Source of the DNA: Patescibacteria group bacterium
GTDB taxonomy: Bacteria > Patescibacteriota > Dojkabacteria > GCA-002793355
Direction of reading: 5' to 3'
DNA length: 64,000 nt
Assembly: GCA_016860985.1 (NCBI GenBank)
Contig: BOKM01000001.1
Span: forward strand, 463,462 to 527,461
The notes under the pieces are model-generated. The model made no database searches. It was not told the DNA's origin and saw only the letters and a list, made by a program, of their open reading frames with translations. How positions within the stretch are numbered: the first letter of the stretch is position 1; every line of letters starts with the position of its first letter. The translations under genes and the position numbers were made by a program. Shown here one piece after another: positions 20,046-29,072 of the stretch.

Positions 20046-20675
20046 TTATTGGACTCCGGCCTTCTTTAGCTTTGTAATCACAAAATATGTTAATGGTGTT
20101 GCCACTACTTCATATACTACTTTTACGACCCATTGAGTAAGAACCATCGTTACGATTTGTGCCGATGCTAATAGTCCTCCAAATGCGATCCCCAGAAATA
20201 AGATTGTATCTACACCTTCACCGAGCACCGTTGAGGAGATAGTTCTCAACCACAAAAACCTGCCCTTGGTCAATTCCTTGATTTTGTGCATGCTCCAAGC
20301 GTTTAAAAGAGAGCCTCCCAAATAGCCGGAAAATGAAGCAACGAGGATTCTCGGTGCTACACCTAAAATAGCATCAAAGCTGAGCTGTAAATCCCAAAAA
20401 GGAGCAGCAGGCAAGGCTTGGGCAGCAGCGATGGCAAGCACCACAATAAAGTTTGCAACAAAACCAAGTAGAATTGCGAATTTTGCTTTCTGAAATCCAA
20501 ATATCTCCGTCATTACATCTCCAATGATGTAACTTAATGGGAAAACTACTATACCAGCAGGAAGAAAAACGCCACCAAGTCCCACAATTTTTACAGCAAT
20601 TATATTGGCAGCAATCAGACAGGCAATAAATAAAGAGGTCAACCCAACAAAATAACCTGAATACATAATTTGCAA
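20046..20675 (-). CDS. yhhQ: YhhQ/VUT-family queuosine-precursor (preQ0/preQ1) transporter
   Basis: Conserved PLSYIIGDVMTEIFG motif of the DUF165/YhhQ family and about 6 transmembrane helices. Confidence 0.7.
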   Translation of the reverse strand: MQIMYSGYFVGLTSLFIACLIAANIIAVKIVGLGGVFLPAGIVVFPLSYIIGDVMTEIFGFQKAKFAILLGFVANFIVVLAIAAAQALPAAPFWDLQLSFDAILGVAPRILVASFSGYLGGSLLNAWSMHKIKELTKGRFLWLRTISSTVLGEGVDTILFLGIAFGGLLASAQIVTMVLTQWVVKVVYEVVATPLTYFVITKLKKAGVQ

Positions 20676-20728
20676 TCAAATTTATCTTTCTACCGATGAT
20701 ACATTAAGTTAGGCCCCCCCTCAATAGC

Positions 20729-20757
20729 TTGACTATGGGACCGCACTTCTTTAAAAT
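20729..20757 (+). promoter_or_regulatory. sigma70-like promoter (TTGACT-N17-TAAAAT) for the DpdA-like gene; the mRNA is probably leaderless
   Basis: Near-consensus -35 and -10 elements with a 17 nt spacer. The -10 element ends 5 nt before the ATG at 20763. Confidence 0.35.
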
Positions 20758-20762
20758 AACGC

Positions 20763-21545
20763 ATGCGCCTTGCGATTATTGCACCAAATGCATATCTGCA
20801 GGATTTTTCAGCTTTTCATAACAACTCATACCATCTTGTTCTTGCACATCGATTCAACTCCGAGCCCGAATACCGTAGTTTTTACATTGAGCAAAGAAAG
20901 AAGACTCACAGTTTTATAATTCTTGATAACGGAGCTTGCGAACTCGGAGAGTCGATTAACAATGGCACACTACTAGAAACTGCCAGTGTCCTTCGTCCTG
21001 ACGTACTTGTTCTTCCCGACGTCTTGCATCAAAGTCAAGCAACAATTGCCAGAACAGAGAAATTCATTGAGTCCTATAAACACCAGAACAAAATAAAGTG
21101 CAAATTGATGGCAGTTGTACAGGGCAAAACAAGAAAGGAGTGGCTCTCAACATTATCTTCCTTTACCTCTAATCCATATATCGATATGATTGGGATTTCG
21201 AGTACAAACGCCGTATACCCGAAGACAAAAAACTACTATACCAGAATCAAAACACTTAGGTATTTGCATCAAAGACAACTTATAGGGAAGAAAAAAATTC
21301 ATATGCTCGGGTTAGATGACTCTGGACACTTCGAATTACGTCATTTCTCAAAATATTCCTTCATCGAAGGAGCAGATTCTAGCGCTCCAGTAGTTCATGG
21401 AGCAAAAGGGATAAAAATTTACAAGAACAAGCGTTACGAAAAGATTCGAACGTATCTACCAAGCGATGCAATCCTCACGAAGGAGCAGGTATTAGCAGTA
21501 AAAGCTAATCTGCAAGTATTTTTTGACATGGCTTCACATGAATAG
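20763..21545 (+). CDS. short TGT-fold guanine transglycosylase-like protein (DpdA-like), lacking the C-terminal zinc subdomain
   Basis: Matches to tRNA-guanine transglycosylase landmarks: LMAVVQGKT (LFGIVQGG), IHMLGLD (YLMGVG) and FIILDNG (LTDSGGFQ). Only 260 aa and no CxCxxC..H zinc site. Confidence 0.5.
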   Translation: MRLAIIAPNAYLQDFSAFHNNSYHLVLAHRFNSEPEYRSFYIEQRKKTHSFIILDNGACELGESINNGTLLETASVLRPDVLVLPDVLHQSQATIARTEKFIESYKHQNKIKCKLMAVVQGKTRKEWLSTLSSFTSNPYIDMIGISSTNAVYPKTKNYYTRIKTLRYLHQRQLIGKKKIHMLGLDDSGHFELRHFSKYSFIEGADSSAPVVHGAKGIKIYKNKRYEKIRTYLPSDAILTKEQVLAVKANLQVFFDMASHE

Positions 21546-23292
21546 AAAAATATTTGTATCGGGCGAAGGTGCTCGAGGAGCAGGAAAAACCTCTACGTTA
21601 AATGTTCTACTGCAAGAATCTACGACTCCCACTGCTGTTAACAGGGTAGCCCCAAACATACCTACAGAGCACCTTCTTCTGATTGACACTCATAAAGCGA
21701 CAAGCCCGTTTCACAAGAGAGCGCTCGAAATACATAAACAGTGGGAAGAAGCCGTCAAAACCCCAGGTGAAGGTGCAGAGCGATTATCATGGAAAAAGTT
21801 TGAGCTCGGAATACTACAGCTACGGTATGAATCCGACAGCTATCACGACGCAACTAGCAAAGCGGAGCAAATTTTTCTCGATAGAGATATTGATACAGCT
21901 GTCGTATACTCTGCAGCAGAGATTATTTTATCCAATCCTCACAAATACGATTCGGTACGTTCGCATATTGCGCTACTACACAATCTATGGCAGAAAGTAT
22001 ATTCAGTATGCCAGACAAACGACTGGGACGTGAGCACTTTTCCACACCTTGATACCGAAGATGATGTCTTATCATTAGTTGATTTTTTAAAACAACAACC
22101 CTTAAGGGATATACCCACTAATACCTTTTACTTCTTTACAAAAGATAAGACTGAATCACTAAAAAGGAGCCACACTTTACGTATAGACACTGCACTCGAA
22201 TACAATCTCACCGTAGTACAGCAAGCAACACAAGATATTATCCAACCATTGTACCTCTATTCCTTTCTCATCCGAAAACAATTATTCCCTGAGGCGCAAG
22301 TTCATTATCTCTCTTCAGATGCGCACAACATCAAAGAGCTCGCGAATTTGGTAAAACTACATGTTAATACGACGACGCTTGAGGTTCCAGGCGCAGACCA
22401 TATCCCCGTTAAGCTACGAATACCTTTTAACAAAGACCACTCCCTACCCTCATCCATTGAGACGCTTAGCCAAGTAATATTCGAAAGCACTGTTGGATCA
22501 ACCTTCCCAAGCAAACGAGAAGTACACATTAATGGAGAATCAAATTGTGTTTACAACAATAAGGCACTGTACGAATACGCATCATTACTAGGACTTGGCC
22601 ACATTGAATTCGTCCAAATTCAACGAGAGACATTCTCTGAAACTTGTCCTGTCCACTGGGCGTGTATTGAGTGGCTTACTCCCCAAAGAGATACTGCACG
22701 AATAATTGATCTGACACCTTTTAGAATTAAGCCCTACATTTCCCAACCTTGTAAAGTTACACACAATGGGGATACATACCAACTGACCTCGCTCACACAA
22801 CAGCCTATTGAATTTACTCAAGTAAAGAAAGAAACGTCATTAATTCCAGAAAGAGCCATGGAATTCGCCTATAACGTTGAATATACTTTCCAGGAAGAAT
22901 CGTTACAAGCATTAACACGTGAGGGATATGAATTGTTAGGCCAATCAAACAACGAATCGCAGAATATATTTTTAACTATTAGGTTAGGAAGATTGTTGCA
23001 GAAACAGGAACGCATCCAAGAGGCAGTCGAATTGCTTGAGCGAGCAGTGACCACTTTCCCGCAAAATCTTATACTTGCCAGGGAAGTTGCAAAGTATGTC
23101 ATTGATGGGTACATTAAATTCGTACCACCGTATTTTTATACTTACCTCAGTAACGCAAACCAGATTCTTGAACGAACTACCCAAACAATGCGAGAACATG
23201 ATATTGATGAAACTGAAATCAATGCGTATTATGAGTATAGGAAATTTATTCCACATGCACTTAAGTTAATCACCGAAGAACATGAAAGTTGA
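21538..23292 (+). CDS. hypothetical P-loop NTPase with a long alpha-helical (TPR-like) C-terminal region
   Basis: Walker A GARGAGKTS near the N-terminus. The ORF-track start is TTG, and the first ATG is at 21538. No further family assignment. Confidence 0.45.
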   Translation: MNRKIFVSGEGARGAGKTSTLNVLLQESTTPTAVNRVAPNIPTEHLLLIDTHKATSPFHKRALEIHKQWEEAVKTPGEGAERLSWKKFELGILQLRYESDSYHDATSKAEQIFLDRDIDTAVVYSAAEIILSNPHKYDSVRSHIALLHNLWQKVYSVCQTNDWDVSTFPHLDTEDDVLSLVDFLKQQPLRDIPTNTFYFFTKDKTESLKRSHTLRIDTALEYNLTVVQQATQDIIQPLYLYSFLIRKQLFPEAQVHYLSSDAHNIKELANLVKLHVNTTTLEVPGADHIPVKLRIPFNKDHSLPSSIETLSQVIFESTVGSTFPSKREVHINGESNCVYNNKALYEYASLLGLGHIEFVQIQRETFSETCPVHWACIEWLTPQRDTARIIDLTPFRIKPYISQPCKVTHNGDTYQLTSLTQQPIEFTQVKKETSLIPERAMEFAYNVEYTFQEESLQALTREGYELLGQSNNESQNIFLTIRLGRLLQKQERIQEAVELLERAVTTFPQNLILAREVAKYVIDGYIKFVPPYFYTYLSNANQILERTTQTMREHDIDETEINAYYEYRKFIPHALKLITEEHES

Positions 23293-23794
23293 TCAAGCAA
23301 AACTTGGAGTAGGTACAATCTGTTACCTACACTCAAACGACTCTTACTTACTAGGCGAAAAAAAGTACGGTGGCGCACAAGGTAAAGTTAATGGGTTTGG
23401 TGGCAAGATCGAAACGACAGACCAATCAATCTATGATGCAGTTAAGAGGGAATTTCGTGAAGAAACATCAATCCAACTCAACGCACCCAAGTATTGTGGC
23501 ATTATCGAAATTTTTAAGAACGAGACGAGAAAAGCAATTTTTTATCTGTTTAAAGCAGATGACTTTATCGGCCAACCTCAAGAATCTGAGGAGATGAAAG
23601 TGTACTGGGTGAAAAATACTGAGGTCCCTTTCGAAAAAATGTGGGCATCAGATGCATTATGGCTTCCACTCTTTCTTAAAAATGACAATATACGTGTAAA
23701 ACTTTATTTTCAGGAAGGCAATGACAAAGCAGATCGAATGGAAGTAACCTTTAATGCGACTCTAGATGAAACATATCACGAAAACTTTATCTAA
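23282..23794 (+). CDS. NUDIX hydrolase
   Basis: Nudix box G.....E.......REFREETSI. Confidence 0.7.
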   Translation: MKVDQAKLGVGTICYLHSNDSYLLGEKKYGGAQGKVNGFGGKIETTDQSIYDAVKREFREETSIQLNAPKYCGIIEIFKNETRKAIFYLFKADDFIGQPQESEEMKVYWVKNTEVPFEKMWASDALWLPLFLKNDNIRVKLYFQEGNDKADRMEVTFNATLDETYHENFI

Positions 23795-24668
23795 GGTTCC
23801 ATCCTATTTGATAGAAACTATTGAGAAGGAATCTATTCCCTACCTCGAGCAAGTTCGTGTAAAGGAATATTCTAAACGTCTTCCACCACTTGAAGGGCAA
23901 AGAGTTGCAGTAATCCCTTGGAGTGGTGGGTTAGACTCAACAACCAGTCTTATCATGGCGATAGAAGCAGGCATCTCAATCAGGACCATATTTCTGAATT
24001 ACGGACAACCTTACATAAAGAAAGAATTGCTCGCAACCAATAAGTTAGAAAAACTGATACGCGCAAAATATCCGGAAGCAGATTGGACCGAGCATTACAT
24101 AGTCGATGTGAGCTTCATAGACCAGCTTGTGAAATCGAAATTCAACGGAGAATGGGGACATATTTTCCCAATGCGTAACTTTCTCATCCTTGAAGAATCA
24201 GCCGCGATAGCACAACCAAATAGATACACAGAAGTTTGGTTTAGCAGTGTGCAAGGAGAAATGCCTTATTCAGGAGGAGACAAGAGTGTGGTATTTCTCA
24301 CCTATATGAAAGAAATTTTTGGAAAACGGAATATTAATTTAACCACGCCGCTCGTCGGCCTCACAAAGGCAGATATGGTTCAATGGGCTATTGCCCAACT
24401 AGATAGGTTCCGTATTATTCGACATACGATATCCTGCTTCAACGGAGAAGGAGATTCCCACTGTGGTGAATGTCAAGCTTGTTTCAATCGTGCAGTAGCA
24501 TTTTTCGCTGCAAATCAACTCCCACTTAGCGGAGTCCCTTACCACAAAAACGCATTGCAAAATTTTGGAGAAAATTATATTCGTAAACTTGCTAAAGAAA
24601 GTTATTACTCCCCAACAAGAAGAAGCCAGTTACAGCAGTTCATAAACTTTATAAGCCAACAAACATGA
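23766..24668 (+). CDS. QueC-family PP-loop ATPase (7-cyano-7-deazaguanine synthase-like) with an N-terminal extension of about 45 aa
   Basis: PP-loop SGGLDSTT and a C-terminal zinc cluster SCFNGEGDSHCGECQACFNRAVAF, which matches the QueC signature TCYNG....CGHCAAC.LR. Confidence 0.7.
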   Translation: MKHITKTLSKVPSYLIETIEKESIPYLEQVRVKEYSKRLPPLEGQRVAVIPWSGGLDSTTSLIMAIEAGISIRTIFLNYGQPYIKKELLATNKLEKLIRAKYPEADWTEHYIVDVSFIDQLVKSKFNGEWGHIFPMRNFLILEESAAIAQPNRYTEVWFSSVQGEMPYSGGDKSVVFLTYMKEIFGKRNINLTTPLVGLTKADMVQWAIAQLDRFRIIRHTISCFNGEGDSHCGECQACFNRAVAFFAANQLPLSGVPYHKNALQNFGENYIRKLAKESYYSPTRRSQLQQFINFISQQT

Positions 24669-25534
24669 TTAGCTTTGTTATACCCTCTTATCAGCGAGCA
24701 GACGGTGCAATCTTTATGATACTTAATTTGTTGCACCAAACAGTTTTCACAAAATATCCAACAGAACTAATACTGTCTATTGATGAAACTGATACCCAAA
24801 AAGAATTGTATGCAAACTACATCATTCAAGCAAAAAAAATTGCGCAAGAAATCGTACCTGCATGTAACATATCACTCCTGGTTAATCAGACAAAAGGCTT
24901 AGTCGCAGCAAAGAATAACGCTGTGCGAGCTTCTAAATACGAGTTCATCATGATGCTCGATGATGATCTTGCTGCAGTAGATAATTACGTTGAAGCCTTG
25001 TTAGCCGACATGAAGGCTGCCCCTTCAGTAGGTGCTATTTCAGGATTTATAGTTTCATACCTTTCTGCTATATCTCACACTCAACCCTCCGATTTCATTG
25101 AAGAGGTACCTAAGGAATCGCATCTACAGACACTAAAACTGGACTCCAACAATGGTGCTTGGAGAACATTTTTCGGCAAGAAAGAGCAGGTCATGGATTG
25201 GAGTAGAATCAATAAGAATATTCCTTCTACGGTTCGCTATACCATGGACTATTTTGTCAATTCGTATCTCTTTAGAAGAAGCGCATACAACAAAATAGGT
25301 GGATACTCAAATGATTTAAATTCTAAGACATCTGCCCACGAGGAGGTCGATTTCACTTATAGAATGAGAAAAGCTGGCTACCAACTTCTTTTTAATCCAT
25401 TTGTCCAGATGTGGCATATTACCGTCGGCCACGGAGGTATCTACAAAGGAGCAGATTACAATGAGAGTAAAGAAATCTTAGAAAAAGAGTATAAAGAAAG
25501 TATACCTCTATTTGTTCAGTCGATTTCCAGGTAG
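24665..25534 (+). CDS. family 2 glycosyltransferase
   Basis: ISFVIPSY N-terminus, a MMLDDD DxD motif and an EEVDF.YR.RKAGY C-terminal GT2 signature. Confidence 0.6.
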   Translation: MISFVIPSYQRADGAIFMILNLLHQTVFTKYPTELILSIDETDTQKELYANYIIQAKKIAQEIVPACNISLLVNQTKGLVAAKNNAVRASKYEFIMMLDDDLAAVDNYVEALLADMKAAPSVGAISGFIVSYLSAISHTQPSDFIEEVPKESHLQTLKLDSNNGAWRTFFGKKEQVMDWSRINKNIPSTVRYTMDYFVNSYLFRRSAYNKIGGYSNDLNSKTSAHEEVDFTYRMRKAGYQLLFNPFVQMWHITVGHGGIYKGADYNESKEILEKEYKESIPLFVQSISR

Positions 25535-25577
25535 AATCCTTGCCCTCAAGCTGTTTCCGTGTTAAACTCGCGCAAAG

Positions 25578-26372
25578 ATGAAATCCCCGTATGTTCAGGG
25601 TTTGAAACAGGGGTTCGCCGAACTTTCAGTCTACTCTCTCGATTTCCTGTTTGGGTTATTCCAAGCAGTTGCGCTTGTCGGCTTTGAAATACTCCTGTGG
25701 ACTTTTGTCCTCCCTGCTGATAACCAAACTGCCCTATTTGAACGCACCTCTTATTTTTTGCTAGCCAATGGCATTGCCTTGGTAATCGGAGGTGCCCGAT
25801 ATCGCTTTGCCAGAGATTTATCACTCGTCATCAAAGAGGGAACGTTGTCGCACTACCTTCTTAAACCGATTAATCCTGTACTTTACATCTATTCAGAACA
25901 TGTTGGAGGAAAAGGACCAGATTTTATGATCGGATTAATTTTTATAATCATGGGAACTTTGTGGATACCGACCTTTACGCTCGTTAAGCTACCATTGTTG
26001 TTGATAACGCTGGCTGCAGCTCTCATAAATACAATCTCACTAAACGTTATCGCAGGGGCTGTAGCCTTTTGGACAACCGAGGCAAACGGTATTAAGAATG
26101 CCTTTGCGCAAACAACGCGATTATTTAACGGACAGCAAGTTCCCATCAATCTTTTCATGGAAATGATCAGTCCTTTTTGGGCGCAATTCTTGTATATTCT
26201 CCCCTTCGCAAGTGTTGCATATACGCCAACGCACATAGTTATTGCCAAAACATTCGACGCAATAGATTTTAGATTTATCATCGCTTCGATTATCTGGGCG
26301 TTCATTCTCCCGTTACTCGCAACACTAATTTGGAATAGAGGACTCAAACGATATGAGGGGACTGGTCTCTAA
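25578..26372 (+). CDS. ABC-2 type transporter permease
   Basis: Six predicted transmembrane helices. It sits just upstream of a second permease and an ABC ATPase. Confidence 0.5.
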   Translation: MKSPYVQGLKQGFAELSVYSLDFLFGLFQAVALVGFEILLWTFVLPADNQTALFERTSYFLLANGIALVIGGARYRFARDLSLVIKEGTLSHYLLKPINPVLYIYSEHVGGKGPDFMIGLIFIIMGTLWIPTFTLVKLPLLLITLAAALINTISLNVIAGAVAFWTTEANGIKNAFAQTTRLFNGQQVPINLFMEMISPFWAQFLYILPFASVAYTPTHIVIAKTFDAIDFRFIIASIIWAFILPLLATLIWNRGLKRYEGTGL

Positions 26373-27171
26373 CCTACGATTCTACTTTCGAGTACTTGCA
26401 AAAAAGATTTTGTTTGCCTGGCAGATAGAAACGGCTTACGCAGGGAACACGATAGGTGAGCTTTTTTCAACCATTTTTTACAACATTACCTTTATTATTT
26501 TTATCGATATTGTACTGCGAAAATATAAGCTGCTCGCTGGCTACTCTTTCAACGATATGCTGGTACTTGTTTTTGTGACACAGATTGTATTCTATACAGG
26601 ACTAACTATTACTTACGATAGCATGTCAAAATTCGTACAATCTGTAAGAGATGGTATTTTTGATACGTACCTTCTCAAACCGATGTCTGTTTTCTTTCAA
26701 GTGATGACCTTAAGCATCAGGCCGTTTTCTGGGCTGTTCTTTTCTGTTCCACCATTGCTAATTTATGTAGTGCTCATCATTAAAAATCAAGCATTTCATC
26801 CCGAACCTTTTGGGCTAACGGTTGGCTTACTTGGAATGTTGGTTGGGATTCTCTACCTTCATTTTTATCGATTTACGTTTGCGATGTTCGTGTTTAAAAC
26901 AAAACAGGTAAAAAACCTACTCAAAACACTTGACCTACTTGGGGATGCTGGATCTTTTCCCTACGAGGCTTATGTTGAACCGTTTAGAACAATTGTCTTT
27001 TTTATTGCGCCATTTCTTGCTGCGGCTGCCATTCCTGCAACCTACTTCTTAAACAAAACGACTTCTCTTTGGCCATTTGTTATTCAGATTGGACTCATGC
27101 TATTTTTTATGACTACTGCACTACTTTTATGGAGAAAAGGATTAAAAGAATATGAATCAATTTCATCTTAA
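26353..27171 (+). CDS. ABC-2 type transporter permease
   Basis: Polytopic membrane protein that overlaps its neighbours. Confidence 0.5.
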   Translation: MRGLVSNLRFYFRVLAKKILFAWQIETAYAGNTIGELFSTIFYNITFIIFIDIVLRKYKLLAGYSFNDMLVLVFVTQIVFYTGLTITYDSMSKFVQSVRDGIFDTYLLKPMSVFFQVMTLSIRPFSGLFFSVPPLLIYVVLIIKNQAFHPEPFGLTVGLLGMLVGILYLHFYRFTFAMFVFKTKQVKNLLKTLDLLGDAGSFPYEAYVEPFRTIVFFIAPFLAAAAIPATYFLNKTTSLWPFVIQIGLMLFFMTTALLLWRKGLKEYESISS

Positions 27172-27186
27172 TTATTCACCCCTATT

Positions 27187-28170
27187 ATGAAACCAGTTAT
27201 CACTACACAAAACCTCAAAAAGGATTTTCTTGTTCCTGCACGACAGTCATTTTGGCAAAGACTGTTTACTCCAAAATACGAAGAAGTCACGGCTGTCGAC
27301 AACATTTCTTTTCACATTATGGAAGGCGAATCTGTTGCACTTCTTGGACCGAATGGCGCGGGCAAAACAACAACCATGAAAATGATGACCGGCATACTTT
27401 ATCCAACAGCCGGAAGTTGCAATGTGCTTGGATACAACCCTAATAAACGCAACCCTGCGATGCTTAAAAACATTGGCTTTGTAATGGGCAATAAAAGCAC
27501 GCTTTCTATGGACCTTTCCCCTATGCAAAACTACGAGCTTAACAGAGTTATTTACGATATTGATGCCACAAGATTTTATAACACGATAGACGAACTTGGG
27601 GAACTTCTTGAGGTAAAAGATCATTTATATAAACAAACACGAAAACTCTCGCTTGGACAAAGAATGAAAGCGGAAATGATAAACTCGATACTACACAGAC
27701 CGAAGATTCTCTTTCTAGACGAACCGACCATTGGACTAGACATCTCCTCTCAGAACAATATTCGCACATTTCTTAAAAAAGTTAACAAAGAGCTAGGAAC
27801 GACGATTATCCTTACGAGCCACAATATGGAAGATATTTCACAAGTTTCTGAAAGAGTACTTATAATCAATCAAGGCAAACTCGTTTACGACAACTCTCTC
27901 GAAATGCTGAAGCGGACTTTTTCAACAAAAAAATACATCAAGGTTATTGTTACAACAAAAGGAAACTCCCGCTCCTTTGAGAAAAAGTTTAAGCCATTTG
28001 GTGACATTGTCAGCTCTGGTAAAGATTTCGTGACGCTCGAAATTGATAAAAACAGACAGGCACCCATTATTGCAGCAATACTCAACATGGAGCACGTTCA
28101 TGATATCGATATTGAGGGGGTACCACTCACAAAAATCATAGAATCGATTTTCAAGAAAAAACTTGATTAG
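27187..28170 (+). CDS. ABC transporter ATP-binding protein (ABC-2 exporter ATPase with a C-terminal extension)
   Basis: Walker A GPNGAGKTT, signature LSLGQRMK, Walker B ILFLDEPT. Confidence 0.85.
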   Translation: MKPVITTQNLKKDFLVPARQSFWQRLFTPKYEEVTAVDNISFHIMEGESVALLGPNGAGKTTTMKMMTGILYPTAGSCNVLGYNPNKRNPAMLKNIGFVMGNKSTLSMDLSPMQNYELNRVIYDIDATRFYNTIDELGELLEVKDHLYKQTRKLSLGQRMKAEMINSILHRPKILFLDEPTIGLDISSQNNIRTFLKKVNKELGTTIILTSHNMEDISQVSERVLIINQGKLVYDNSLEMLKRTFSTKKYIKVIVTTKGNSRSFEKKFKPFGDIVSSGKDFVTLEIDKNRQAPIIAAILNMEHVHDIDIEGVPLTKIIESIFKKKLD

Positions 28171-28178
28171 GTTACGTA

Positions 28179-28991
28179 TTACTTTGTTACTTGCAGTGTT
28201 TTCATAACCGAATCACAAATGGCGATGTACGACGCATCGATTGAACAATACGCACTAAACCAAATGTCCTTATTGTAGGTTAAGGCGGGTGAAGCACAAG
28301 GCGATGTAGTCGCATCAGAAATAACAGGTTCTGTGCACTCTTTCCCACTCGAGAGAGAAGAAGGCGTCACATACGCAACAGCAAAGCTGTAGCTACCCGA
28401 ATTACCAAATACCTTTTTAGAACGAACTCTTTTTAAATCCTTAATTGATGAACTCACATTGGTTAGTGATGAGTAACCCTGAATTTCATACAACTCATAA
28501 GGGAGGTTAAACGCCATAAAGGCCTTCGTTCCCTTTCGTAAGAGAATGCCATTCCAGGTCCCAATTTTTGTTTCTGATACCGTCACATCTGCCGGCAATT
28601 TCATAGTAAAAGTGAGTGTAAAACTACCCTCCCACTCTTTAATTTTGGCCGTCTTTGTTACTGTAGATGCGGTGGCAGTCGGGGTTGGCGTTGAGGTTGC
28701 AGAAGGTGTTGGAGATTCTGTTGGTGTATCAGAAACCGAAGGAGTCACACTCTCGGTTGGGGTAGGTGTGACGGTCACAGTAGGAGTTGGAGTCAATGGT
28801 GTTGGTGTTTTTTGTTTGCCGGCATAAAAGCCCAAAGCGGAGGCGAGTGCAATAAGCGCGACTACTAGGCCAATTATCAATCCTTTTGATAATGACTGCG
28901 ATTGCACTTGAGGCTCAATCTGCGGCTGGCTATCTAACTGAACGCCTTCTGCATTTGCTTCAGGCATATTTGTTGGCTGTGAAATTTCCAT
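28179..28991 (-). CDS. membrane-anchored surface protein with a Thr/Pro-rich linker
   Basis: Transmembrane anchor (LIIGLVVALIALASALGF), then TPTPLTPTPTVTVTPTP low-complexity linker and a C-terminal globular domain. I took the internal ATG as the start. Confidence 0.4.
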   Translation of the reverse strand: MEISQPTNMPEANAEGVQLDSQPQIEPQVQSQSLSKGLIIGLVVALIALASALGFYAGKQKTPTPLTPTPTVTVTPTPTESVTPSVSDTPTESPTPSATSTPTPTATASTVTKTAKIKEWEGSFTLTFTMKLPADVTVSETKIGTWNGILLRKGTKAFMAFNLPYELYEIQGYSSLTNVSSSIKDLKRVRSKKVFGNSGSYSFAVAYVTPSSLSSGKECTEPVISDATTSPCASPALTYNKDIWFSAYCSIDASYIAICDSVMKTLQVTK

Positions 28992-29072
28992 AATGAAGAG
29001 TAGCGCGAATTTTCGAATCTGTAAAATGAAATGCCTCTGGCGAAAATTCGCGCAAAACATGTATAATCTACC

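Noticed and set aside
20676-20762. preQ1 riboswitch upstream of the YhhQ transporter
   Set aside because: Reading the minus-strand leader, I found neither the preQ1-I hairpin with an A-rich tail nor the preQ1-II consensus. A covariance search is needed to be sure.
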